64,000 nt of DNA from an uncultured Erysipelotrichaceae bacterium (lineage in GTDB: Bacteria; Bacillota_I; Bacilli_A; RFN20; CAG-826). Positions 13,091 to 22,390 of this stretch are shown one piece after another (within the stretch, counting starts at the first letter, position 1; every line of letters begins with the position of its first letter). The position numbers were made by a program, and so were the translations under genes. The notes under the pieces are model-generated. The model did not search any database. It had not been told where the DNA came from and worked only from the letters and a program-made list of their open reading frames with translations. Location: NCBI GenBank assembly GCA_902785645.1, contig CACZZG010000002.1, positions 88,226 to 152,225 of the forward strand, read 5' to 3'.

Positions 13091-15553
13091 ATGAAGAATG
13101 AAGAGAATATTCAAAGAATAGTACCCTCTTTAGAAACAGGATTGACTTCTGAACAAGTTGAAGAGAGAAAGCAACTAGGTTTAACTAATAAAACACCGAT
13201 AGTTGTTGGTAAAACATATTTTGAAATTATCGTTACTGATTTATTCAGTTTCTTTAACATTCTTTTATTCATCATCGCTGGTTTAATGATCGCTGCTCAA
13301 TATTGGGCTGGTCTTACTTTTACAGTGGTGTTATTTGCTAACATCATTATTTCTTTGACCGAAGATATCAAAGCCAGAAGATTGATGGGCAAATTAAGAT
13401 ATCAAACCGCTCCAAAAGTTGAAGTTATTAGAAACGGACAAAAAGAAGTTGTTAAAAACCAAGAAATATTAATGGATGACATTGTCTGTTTAGAAAGCGG
13501 AAACCAAATATGCGTCGATGGCAAGCTTCTTGAAGGAACTTTGGTGGTTAATGAATCCGCATTAACTGGCGAGTCAATCGATGTTGTTAAAAAGACAGGC
13601 GACTATTTATATTCAGGTTCTTATATAATAAGCGGAACCGGATTAATGCACGCTGAAAAGGTCGGAGTGGATAGTTATATTGAAACTCTACACGCAAAAG
13701 CAAGAGCATTCAAAAGACCCACATCAGAGATTCTTAAAACATTAACTATTTTATTTAGAATAATTGGCATCATAGTTTCAACATTAGCTATAGCTATTTT
13801 TATCATTTATCTAGCTAGAGGTAAGTTCGGTTCTTATGATGACTTCCAAAAATCCATGAGAGGAATATCTGGCGCTATGGTGTCGATGATTCCAGCTGGA
13901 TTATATTTATTAACTTCTGTTGCTCTAGCAGTTGCGGTTTTAAAACTTTCCAAAAAAGGAGCAAGAGTACAAGACTTTTATTCTGTGGAAATGCTCGCAA
14001 GAGTCAATGTCCTTTGTGTTGATAAAACAGGAACCATTACAAGTGGTGAAATGGATGTACAAAAAGTATTGCTTGTTGGTAATGAAGGATACTCAAACGA
14101 CGACATTTCTCAAATTATGTCAAACCTATTAAACGCCACAAAAGATAACAATTTAACTGCAAAATCCCTGCAAAAAACCTTTAATTATGAAACAACCAAG
14201 ACTTTCGAAGCGGTTTTACCATTCAACAGTAAGAACAAATATTCCGCTGTTACATTTGCGGGAAACGAAACTTTTGTGTTGGGCGCAATTGAATTCTTAA
14301 ATATTCCAAATCCAACATTATTGAATCATAGAGCTCAAGAATATACTGAACGCGGTCAAAGAGTTTTAGCGTTGGGTAAAGTAAAAGGCTCAATCAAAGA
14401 CAACGTTGTTGATGGTGTAGTTACACCTATTGCTTTAATTATTCTTCAAGATCATGTTCGTGAAAACGCAGTTGAAACATTTAAATGGTTTAAAGAAAAT
14501 GGTGTCCAAATAAAAGTTATATCTGGTGACAATGCTGCTGCAGTTAGTTATGTAGCTTTAGAAGCAGGAATTGAAAATGCTGATAAATATATTTCTCTAG
14601 CCGGACTCTCTGATGAAGAAGTGGTCAAAGCCGTTAGTGAATACAGTGTCTTTGGCAGAGTCACCCCCGAACAAAAAGAAATCATCATTCAAGAACTAAA
14701 GAAACAAGGCAAAACAGTTGCTATGACAGGCGATGGTGTTAATGATGTTTTAGCCTTAAAACGCGCTGATTGTTCTATTGCCATGAATGAAGGTTCTGAA
14801 GCTGCCAAAAACGTTTCACACATTGTTTTATTAAATTCTGATTTTGATGTTTTGCCAGGCGTTGTGGAAGAAGGCAGAAGAGTCATTAACAACATTCAAA
14901 GAACAAGCTCTTTGTTTTTAACAAAAACCATTTTCTCAATGGTCACAACCACAATGTTCTTAATTGCTATGTTGTTTATGAAAGATATTGAATATCCATT
15001 CCACGCAACACACTTCCAATTATGGAGTTTAATTAATATTGGATTATCTGCATTCTTCTTAGCGTTAGAAAGAAACAGAGAACCAGTTAAAGGAAAAATG
15101 GGGGCAAATATTGTACGTAAAGCCGTTCCTGGCGCCGCTACAATTCTTGCTGCTGTGTTATCGGCCTATGGTTTATATGGTTTATTTACTTCCCGTTCTT
15201 TATATACAGGTGTTGAGACCCCTGAACAAGCCACAACCATGAGCATCATTATCTTCACCATACTTGGTTTGGTGGTCCTTCTTAAAATCTGCCTTCCATT
15301 TACAAAATATAGAGCAATTATATTTGCTTCAGCATCTACACTTGAAGTGGTTTTATTGATTGTGGCGGCAATTATTTCATATAAAGTTAAAGATGGAGTT
15401 GAACGTTCTATATTAAATATCAATTTCCCATCATTAACATTAGTTAATTGGTTAGCAATTGCTATAATAATAGTGTTGGCTACATCGATATATTTGATTG
15501 TTTCTTATGTCGTAGAAGTATTTAAGGGAGAACACAAAAATGCTAAAAATTAA
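13091..15553 (+). CDS. Cation-transporting P-type ATPase (HAD-IC family)
   Basis: Motifs LTGES, CVDKTGTIT (phosphorylation Asp) and MTGDGVNDVLALKRAD, plus about 10 predicted TM helices. The start was moved to the ATG at 13091, because the 13046 start lies inside the tadA terminator. Confidence 0.9.
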   Translation: MKNEENIQRIVPSLETGLTSEQVEERKQLGLTNKTPIVVGKTYFEIIVTDLFSFFNILLFIIAGLMIAAQYWAGLTFTVVLFANIIISLTEDIKARRLMGKLRYQTAPKVEVIRNGQKEVVKNQEILMDDIVCLESGNQICVDGKLLEGTLVVNESALTGESIDVVKKTGDYLYSGSYIISGTGLMHAEKVGVDSYIETLHAKARAFKRPTSEILKTLTILFRIIGIIVSTLAIAIFIIYLARGKFGSYDDFQKSMRGISGAMVSMIPAGLYLLTSVALAVAVLKLSKKGARVQDFYSVEMLARVNVLCVDKTGTITSGEMDVQKVLLVGNEGYSNDDISQIMSNLLNATKDNNLTAKSLQKTFNYETTKTFEAVLPFNSKNKYSAVTFAGNETFVLGAIEFLNIPNPTLLNHRAQEYTERGQRVLALGKVKGSIKDNVVDGVVTPIALIILQDHVRENAVETFKWFKENGVQIKVISGDNAAAVSYVALEAGIENADKYISLAGLSDEEVVKAVSEYSVFGRVTPEQKEIIIQELKKQGKTVAMTGDGVNDVLALKRADCSIAMNEGSEAAKNVSHIVLLNSDFDVLPGVVEEGRRVINNIQRTSSLFLTKTIFSMVTTTMFLIAMLFMKDIEYPFHATHFQLWSLINIGLSAFFLALERNREPVKGKMGANIVRKAVPGAATILAAVLSAYGLYGLFTSRSLYTGVETPEQATTMSIIIFTILGLVVLLKICLPFTKYRAIIFASASTLEVVLLIVAAIISYKVKDGVERSILNINFPSLTLVNWLAIAIIIVLATSIYLIVSYVVEVFKGEHKNAKN

Positions 15554-16445
15554 TCCTGAAGTTTTAAAAGCCGTTAGAGAGAATAGACCAGTTGTTGCTT
15601 TAGAGAGCACAATTATTTCTCATGGTATGCCTTATCCAAAGAATGTTGAAACCGCATTAGCAGTGGAAAAAGTGATTCGTGATCACGGTGCAATTCCAGC
15701 CACCATTGGCATCATTAATGGTGATGCAATTGTCGGTATGACACCTGAAGAAATTGAATTATTTGGCAAAACCAAGGGGATTTTGAAGGCTTCTAGAAGA
15801 GATTTACCAGTTGTTTATGCGAAAAAACTTTGGGCCGCGACAACAGTTGCCACCACAATGATCATTGCTAATCAAGCTGGAATCAAACTCTTTGTTACTG
15901 GCGGCATCGGTGGTGTTCATAGGGGCGCCCAAGAGACAATGGATATCTCTGCTGACTTACAAGAATTAGCAAAAACAAACGTTACAGTTGTTTGTGCTGG
16001 TGCGAAAGCAATTCTTGATTTACCTCTTACACTTGAATACTTAGAAACAATGGGTGTTCCTGTTCTTGGCTATCAAACAGAAGAACTACCAGCATTCTAT
16101 ACTGCTCATAGTGGACTCAAAGTCGATTATAAGTTAGATAACGCACATGAAGCAGCGCTAACAATGCATGAAAAAGAAATCAATAACCTTAGCGGTGGAA
16201 TTTTAATTACAAATCCAATTCCTGAAGAATACTCAATGGATAAAAAAGTCATTGATGCCGCTATTGATAAAGCCATCGAAATGATGAATGAGAAAGGCAT
16301 TAAAGGCAAAGAAACAACCCCATTCTTATTAAAAACAATTGCAGAAATTACCAGTGGTGATTCTTTAGAATCAAATATTAAATTAGTCTTAAATAATGCC
16401 GCGGTTGGCGCAGAAATAATTAAGGAGTATTGTAAACTAAAGTGA
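15540..16445 (+). CDS. psuG: Pseudouridine-5'-phosphate glycosidase
   Basis: N-terminus VVALESTIISHGMPYPKN and GGIGGVHRG are characteristic of the PsuG/IndA family. Overlaps the ATPase gene by 14 nt. Confidence 0.9.
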   Translation: MLKINPEVLKAVRENRPVVALESTIISHGMPYPKNVETALAVEKVIRDHGAIPATIGIINGDAIVGMTPEEIELFGKTKGILKASRRDLPVVYAKKLWAATTVATTMIIANQAGIKLFVTGGIGGVHRGAQETMDISADLQELAKTNVTVVCAGAKAILDLPLTLEYLETMGVPVLGYQTEELPAFYTAHSGLKVDYKLDNAHEAALTMHEKEINNLSGGILITNPIPEEYSMDKKVIDAAIDKAIEMMNEKGIKGKETTPFLLKTIAEITSGDSLESNIKLVLNNAAVGAEIIKEYCKLK

Positions 16446-16999
16446 AAACTGAATATCGTTTAGCAGAAGCACTTAAGAATATGATGTCTGAAGTCCCGTT
16501 GGACTCTATTTCAGTCACAACATTATCAAAGAAATGTAAGGTTAATAGACAAACATTCTATTATCACTTCCATGATATTTATGACTTATTAACACTAGTG
16601 TTCTTAAATGAAGAAATTCCCGGTATTGAAGAAGTCAAAACTATCAAGGGTCTTTTAAGTGCGATCTTCAAATACTATCTCCAAAACAAAGGCTTCATTG
16701 ATGCCACATTAAATTCAGCGGGCAAAGAATTATTTGAAGAGTTTGTTCATAATGTCTGCTACAAAACATTCTTAACAATTGTTAATGGTATTCAAGATAG
16801 TAAGAAACTACATATCAACGATCGTAAAGCAGTCGCAAGATTCTATGCTTTAGCATACTCACACTCAATTGTTTATTATTTATCAACTTATAAAAACAAG
16901 ACCATTGAAGGTTTATATAACTGTTTTGTCTTTGAACCAAGCACCGTCTTTGATGATGCGGTCAATAGACTATTAGTCATTAGGAGCAAACAAAAATGA
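16442..16999 (+). CDS. TetR-family transcriptional regulator (DhaS-like)
   Basis: N-terminal HTH ISVTTLSKKCKVNRQTFYYHFHDIYDL. The GTG start overlaps the psuG TGA stop (GTGA). Confidence 0.8.
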   Translation: MKTEYRLAEALKNMMSEVPLDSISVTTLSKKCKVNRQTFYYHFHDIYDLLTLVFLNEEIPGIEEVKTIKGLLSAIFKYYLQNKGFIDATLNSAGKELFEEFVHNVCYKTFLTIVNGIQDSKKLHINDRKAVARFYALAYSHSIVYYLSTYKNKTIEGLYNCFVFEPSTVFDDAVNRLLVIRSKQK

Positions 17000-18168
17000 T
17001 AGATTTTGATTTAGGAATAAAAACAAAGATCTATTTCGGTGCTGATAAAGAAAACGAAATCGGCAATATTTTGTCTGAACTTAAATTTAAACGCGCATTA
17101 ATAGTTATCGGCCAAGGTTCAGTAAAGAAAACAAAACTATTACCTTTGGTAATGGAAAAGTTAGACGAACACAAAATCGTTTATAAACTAATTGAAGGTG
17201 TTAGACCAAACCCAACAGTGGATTTTGTTATTGAACATTTAGATTCAATTAAAGAATTCAAGCCAGACATTATTTTAGCTATTGGTGGTGGATCAGTTAT
17301 CGATACCGCAAAACTAATCGCGGTTGATTATTACTATGATGGAGATCCTTTTGATTTTAATAATCATAAAGCCAAACCAAAGAAAGCTTTGCCAGTCGGA
17401 GTTATCTTAACGATTTCCGCTGCTGGAAGTGAAATGTCGACTTCTTGTGTTATTCAAAACGATGCTCAAAAAACCAAAAAAGGCTTCAATTCTGAACTAA
17501 TTCGCCCAATTTTTGCTATAGAAAACCCGAAATTAACATATTCAGTTAATCAATATCAAACTGCATGTGGCATTGTTGATATCATGATGCACACATTAGA
17601 AAGATACTTCCAACCATCCTCAGAAAATGAACCCGCAGATAGATTTGCGGAAGGCGTTCTTAAATCCGTTATCAAAGCTGGACAAAAAGTTATTAGGAAT
17701 CCAGAAGATTATGAATCAAGAGCGGTCCTTATGCTTATGAGTTCATGGTCACATAATGGATTAACAAATATTGGAAAACCATTTGGTATGCCAGTCCATC
17801 AGTTAGAACACGGATTATCAGGTATGTATCCAAGCATCGCTCATGGTGCAGGTCTAGCAGTACTTTGGCCAGCTTGGGCAAAATATTATGTTCAATACGA
17901 TGAAGACAAATTCAATTTATATGCAAAAAACGTTTGGGGTAGTATACTACCTAATAAGCGCGATAATGCGTTACAAGGAATCAAATTAACAGAAGAGTTC
18001 TTCCGTTACATCGGAATGCCTCAAAGACTTATGGAATTTAAAGTTGGGGCGATTGATATAGATGGTTTAATTAATCTTCTTACTGATAATGGCACACGAG
18101 TAGTGGCCCATCATGTTAAACCACTAGATGAAGAAGTTGCGAGAATTATTTATAATTCTTGCCTCTAG
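16996..18168 (+). CDS. Iron-containing alcohol dehydrogenase (butanol dehydrogenase/YqhD-like)
   Basis: GGGSVIDTAK motif, metal-binding His cluster (HxxxH region LEHGLSGMYPSIAHGAG), 390 aa. Confidence 0.9.
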   Translation: MIDFDLGIKTKIYFGADKENEIGNILSELKFKRALIVIGQGSVKKTKLLPLVMEKLDEHKIVYKLIEGVRPNPTVDFVIEHLDSIKEFKPDIILAIGGGSVIDTAKLIAVDYYYDGDPFDFNNHKAKPKKALPVGVILTISAAGSEMSTSCVIQNDAQKTKKGFNSELIRPIFAIENPKLTYSVNQYQTACGIVDIMMHTLERYFQPSSENEPADRFAEGVLKSVIKAGQKVIRNPEDYESRAVLMLMSSWSHNGLTNIGKPFGMPVHQLEHGLSGMYPSIAHGAGLAVLWPAWAKYYVQYDEDKFNLYAKNVWGSILPNKRDNALQGIKLTEEFFRYIGMPQRLMEFKVGAIDIDGLINLLTDNGTRVVAHHVKPLDEEVARIIYNSCL

Positions 18169-18183
18169 AAAGAAGGAACTATT

Positions 18184-19365
18184 ATGAAAAAAGAAGATGC
18201 ATCTGGAATTATTGTTTATCTATTGATATTAGCAATCGCAGTAGTGTTTGGTATTACAGTTTTAAGAGAACACTCCGCATCCTCTAATATGGATACTTTT
18301 GTCTATATTCTTTTTATCCTAGGAGCGATTCTAACCGGCATTTTACTCAACTCCATACTATTTGAAGTCGGACATATCTTAGGCGCTAAAGTGGGCCGTT
18401 ATGAAATTGTTTCAGTTAATATCCTTGGATTACTTTGGTATAAAGAAGAAGGCAAAACCAAATTTAAGTTTTCTGGTTATGATGGTTTAACTGGTGAAAC
18501 AGTTATTCTTCCTAAGAAAGAGGCCAAGAAAGAGCCAAACCCAACTCCATATTTAATGTTTGGAACATTATTCTATCTTGTCGAGTTAATTATCATTATT
18601 GTTTTATTCACTTTATACAACACCAAAGACAATATGCTTATGTATAACATTGTCTACTTCTTATTAGTGGTTGCTGTTATTGGCGGTATGGTTCTTATTT
18701 ATAACATCCTTCCATTTAAACTAGATGCAATGACTGATGGATATCGCATGAGAATGACCACGAATAGTGCAAACAAAAAAGCATTTAATGAATTATTACG
18801 CGTTCAATATGCGATTAATCAAGGCGAAGAAAATGTTGAAGTCGCTACATTCAGTGAAATCACAAATTTTACTGCAGAACTCAATTTAAATAAGGTTTAC
18901 ACCCTTTTAGATAAAAAAGAATTTGAAGAAGCAGAAAAGCTTATTGATATTATTCTTGCTGGTAAGAGCACAATCTCTGAAAAAGTTTATACTAGAGCAA
19001 GAGCTCAAAAGATCTATATCAACATTTTCACTAAACCAATTGAAGAAGCTAAGGAATTCTATGATAAAGAAGTTCCTATGGATGAAAGACGTAGAATCTC
19101 CAATGACATCTCTATGGTTTCCATTCGTACATATTTATTAATGTCAGGCATCTTAGATGGCAGCAGAAGTGAATGTGTTATCGCGATTAATAATGTCCGT
19201 AAATGCTTTAATAGCACACCTAAGCAAAGACAAAAAACCGAAGCTAACTTGTTCAACGAAGCCTTAGCTAAAGTTGATGAATTACATCCAACCTGGAAGT
19301 TAGGCGAATACAAAGTTGTCTTTGAAGAAAAACCTGAAAAGAAGAAAAAGGAAAAAAAGAAATAA
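18184..19365 (+). CDS. Polytopic membrane protein with a degenerate site-2-protease-like core and a helical C-terminal domain
   Basis: The TM-embedded LFEVGHILGA resembles the HExxH motif with the first His replaced by Phe. A later TM carries NILPFKLDAMTDG, which resembles the M50 NxxPxxxLDG motif. C-terminal K/E-rich tail. Confidence 0.55.
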   Translation: MKKEDASGIIVYLLILAIAVVFGITVLREHSASSNMDTFVYILFILGAILTGILLNSILFEVGHILGAKVGRYEIVSVNILGLLWYKEEGKTKFKFSGYDGLTGETVILPKKEAKKEPNPTPYLMFGTLFYLVELIIIIVLFTLYNTKDNMLMYNIVYFLLVVAVIGGMVLIYNILPFKLDAMTDGYRMRMTTNSANKKAFNELLRVQYAINQGEENVEVATFSEITNFTAELNLNKVYTLLDKKEFEEAEKLIDIILAGKSTISEKVYTRARAQKIYINIFTKPIEEAKEFYDKEVPMDERRRISNDISMVSIRTYLLMSGILDGSRSECVIAINNVRKCFNSTPKQRQKTEANLFNEALAKVDELHPTWKLGEYKVVFEEKPEKKKKEKKK

Positions 19366-19400
19366 AGAAAAAGCCGAGCCGCGAAGCTCGGTTTTCTTTT
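19366..19400. terminator. Bidirectional terminator between convergent genes
   Basis: CCGAGC-CGCGAA-GCTCGG hairpin flanked by an A-run on the 5' side and a T-run on the 3' side. Confidence 0.7.
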
Positions 19401-19405
19401 ATCTA

Positions 19406-22267
19406 TTAATCTTGTTTTCTCTTCTTAATTACTAAGTAAGTAACTGTAAGACTTGAGATGATAACAACACTAATAATGGTAATCAATAATACTGCATTAT
19501 TTTGTGCTGTAATGCTTAACTTATTAGAGTTAATGACATAACCATCGTCACCAGAGTTTGTAATTGTTTTGCCGTGGTAAGCTGCCCAGGCAACAAGTCT
19601 TTCTCTTGCGGTTGCAATGACATAGTCATTACTTGTCATAAATGTGTTTCTTTCCGCTTTAGATAATCCTTCAAAATATCCTTTAGCAGTTGGGAACTTG
19701 GTTTCGCATTGTTTGTTTGTGTCTTCAAACATAACATAGTTAGATAAGTTAACTGCAGAATCGCTTGTTCCTGAACCACCCCATGTGAATGAAATACTTG
19801 TTAAGTACATAGCGTCTGATTTTGATCTAACACCAACAAAAGCATAATCGCCAGAAATTGTTAATTCTGTTGACGTGCCTTTCACAATAGTACCCAATAA
19901 AGTTCCTTGTTTAGAAGAGTCATACAAATCCGTTGGAGCGTTATAAGCAGAATTCTTGCCATAAACATTCAATGTTCTTCCTGCTGTTGTCCCGGATTGC
20001 CATTCAACAACAACTTTTGATAATTTGCCACCAGAAGTAGTTGTGATAATACCTGAGTTACTATTGTTACTTCTTAATTGAATTGAATCGTTGCCACCGG
20101 CAGATTGACCAGCATAAACAGCAGAGGATTGATCGGTTTTTCCTGACCAAGAGCCATAGCTTGTGCCGCTTATTCCTGTTTTTGCTCTATTTAATGTGTC
20201 TGTAACGCTTGTGGATGGACTTGGCGCAACGTGTGCTTTTCTTTGAACTTTTGTATTTAAAGTGGTGGTTAATCCACTATAAGTGATTGTGAAATTCTTG
20301 TTTGTTAAAGCGCCACCAGATGCTGCATCAGTATATGTATATTGATAGCTTTCGAAAGTGTAATCGGTAATTGTGTTGTTCAAATTATCTTTAACAGTAA
20401 TGTCTGATTTAGAAATCGTCTCACCAACATAGAAAGTTTTGTTTACTGTTGCGGTAATGGATGTGGCTTCAGATGCTGTTACGATAATATCGTATTCAGT
20501 ATATGCGTTGACACCACCTTCAGAATATTCTACCTCAACGGTGTAAACATCTTCTTTGGACATATCATAACCACTAAATGTTGCGCTGTTGGTCACGTTA
20601 GCGGTAGAACCATCGCTATAAGTTGCTGTGACTGTTGGTTTAACAAATGCATCGCCGACTGTATATTCGGTCTTTTCATTAGAAACAGCAATACTCTCTA
20701 ATGTCTTTGGGGTTGCTGAAGCTTCATAAGTAATTTTAATTGCTTGTATTCTTCTGTTTCCGCTAGTACCACCAATGGTAAATGTCACAGAATTTGATTT
20801 ACCTGTCCATGTTGGAGATGTAAATGAACCTGTGTTAGCAGTTATTGCGTTAGAACCATCAGATGAACCAAATGTAAATTCGATTTTAATTATGTTTCTT
20901 GTTCCGCCGGAAATAGTGATGGTGTTGCCACCATAAACACGAACAGCTGTACCGTTATTGTAGTATTTAGGGTCATTGGAACCGCTTCCTTTAGCAAAGG
21001 TTGCTGTTGCGACAGTTCCTTCAGCAGAAGAAACAACTTGTTGATCGTTGAATCCTTGTTCAGTCAAATCAATTGTTTCTTCATCTCCAACAAGATCTCC
21101 GCCGCCACCAACTGGGGTTCCGTTTCCAGTGCCTTCGGCAGTAACATAAACAGTTCTAGTTGTGGATTTTTCGTTATAAGAGACGGAAAAAGCTGCGTAA
21201 TTTGTTTGTTGCAAGCCAGTTAATTTGCCACCAGTTAAGCTAATGTATGAAGAATAATTGGTGCTATTAACGGTTGTTGTGTATGTTGCGGAACTTGTAA
21301 TGTCTGTTCTGGAGTCATCATCATAGACAGCATAAACTTTTAATTGTTGATAGCTGTTTACATCAACAGAAATACCTAAAGATGTTGAAGATTCATCAGA
21401 TAATCTAACATCAATACTTTCTAATGTTTTTGGTGTTACTGGAGTAGTGGAATTACAAATTGATCTAGTTGTGGAGTTAGTATCTCCCCAAATCTTACAA
21501 GCATATTCAGGATGATCAACAAATGGATTTCTGTTTTTTTGTATGGTTTGGATTGCGTTGTTTCTGTAGATATCTCTGTTTGTTACAGGATGCTGTAAAT
21601 TCCATTTTAAAGCAGTTTCTAAAGGCAGCATTGAATCAAACGAATAATTGGAACCATATAGGGCAACTCCATAAAAAATAGTTCTAGCAACCTCGCCTTT
21701 GGCATCATCACAAGGTTCGAATGTGCTTCCGTTAAAATAACAATCTGTTTCGTGACCATGAACTGATTGTTTGTTGGCTGAATTATGTGCAACCTCACCA
21801 AAAGGATAACTACTTCTTATATTATTAATTTGTCCTTCGCAGGCAAAATAGTTGTGAGCATCAGTTTTTGTGTTTGGAAATTCGCTTTGTGGCCAAACAT
21901 GTTCTCTATTCCATTTATCCCAAGAATAGCCACTACTTACATGGTTTGATTTCTTGATATTGTGTCTTGTATATAAACAAAGAACAGATGTTGAATCGCC
22001 CTCTGCTTCGTCACCTAATTCATCAGGAGACCAATCATAAGACTTATTCGTTCCTTTTGATAACAATGATACTTTTGATAAAAGAGTTGAACCAGTCATT
22101 GAATCAGTAATTGAATCATAATAATTTCCAATGTTTGGAGTTTGTTCACCGCTCCAAGCTTTTGTTTCTTTGGTGGAATATGCGTTGTGCATAATAGCGG
22201 CCACCATACCAAAAGTAGCAACAAAAACAAGGAGTGATGCCAATGATAGTTTGAACGATTTTTTCAT
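19406..22267 (-). CDS. Surface-anchored Endonuclease I-family nuclease with Ig-like repeats (953 aa)
   Basis: N-terminal signal/anchor MKKSFKLSLASLLVFVATFGMVAA. Endonuclease-I motifs NREHVWPQS and RNPFVDHPEY. Repeated TPKTLESI...YDIIVT Ig-like modules. C-terminal hydrophobic helix plus basic tail (IKKRKQD), with no LPXTG. Confidence 0.85.
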   Translation of the reverse strand: MKKSFKLSLASLLVFVATFGMVAAIMHNAYSTKETKAWSGEQTPNIGNYYDSITDSMTGSTLLSKVSLLSKGTNKSYDWSPDELGDEAEGDSTSVLCLYTRHNIKKSNHVSSGYSWDKWNREHVWPQSEFPNTKTDAHNYFACEGQINNIRSSYPFGEVAHNSANKQSVHGHETDCYFNGSTFEPCDDAKGEVARTIFYGVALYGSNYSFDSMLPLETALKWNLQHPVTNRDIYRNNAIQTIQKNRNPFVDHPEYACKIWGDTNSTTRSICNSTTPVTPKTLESIDVRLSDESSTSLGISVDVNSYQQLKVYAVYDDDSRTDITSSATYTTTVNSTNYSSYISLTGGKLTGLQQTNYAAFSVSYNEKSTTRTVYVTAEGTGNGTPVGGGGDLVGDEETIDLTEQGFNDQQVVSSAEGTVATATFAKGSGSNDPKYYNNGTAVRVYGGNTITISGGTRNIIKIEFTFGSSDGSNAITANTGSFTSPTWTGKSNSVTFTIGGTSGNRRIQAIKITYEASATPKTLESIAVSNEKTEYTVGDAFVKPTVTATYSDGSTANVTNSATFSGYDMSKEDVYTVEVEYSEGGVNAYTEYDIIVTASEATSITATVNKTFYVGETISKSDITVKDNLNNTITDYTFESYQYTYTDAASGGALTNKNFTITYSGLTTTLNTKVQRKAHVAPSPSTSVTDTLNRAKTGISGTSYGSWSGKTDQSSAVYAGQSAGGNDSIQLRSNNSNSGIITTTSGGKLSKVVVEWQSGTTAGRTLNVYGKNSAYNAPTDLYDSSKQGTLLGTIVKGTSTELTISGDYAFVGVRSKSDAMYLTSISFTWGGSGTSDSAVNLSNYVMFEDTNKQCETKFPTAKGYFEGLSKAERNTFMTSNDYVIATARERLVAWAAYHGKTITNSGDDGYVINSNKLSITAQNNAVLLITIISVVIISSLTVTYLVIKKRKQD

Positions 22268-22357
22268 AATAATTTACCTATTTCGGATTACCGAAAGAAT
22301 ATTCTAACTTATTTATTTAAATCATTAAACAAATAAAAAATATAGTGTGATTGTATC

Positions 22358-22381
22358 AAAGAAAAAGGCCCTTATAGGGCC
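22358..22381 (-). terminator. Terminator between the two nuclease genes
   Basis: GGCCC-TTATA-GGGCC hairpin with a T-run on the minus strand (complement of A62-A66). Confidence 0.65.
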
Positions 22382-22390
22382 AATTCATTA

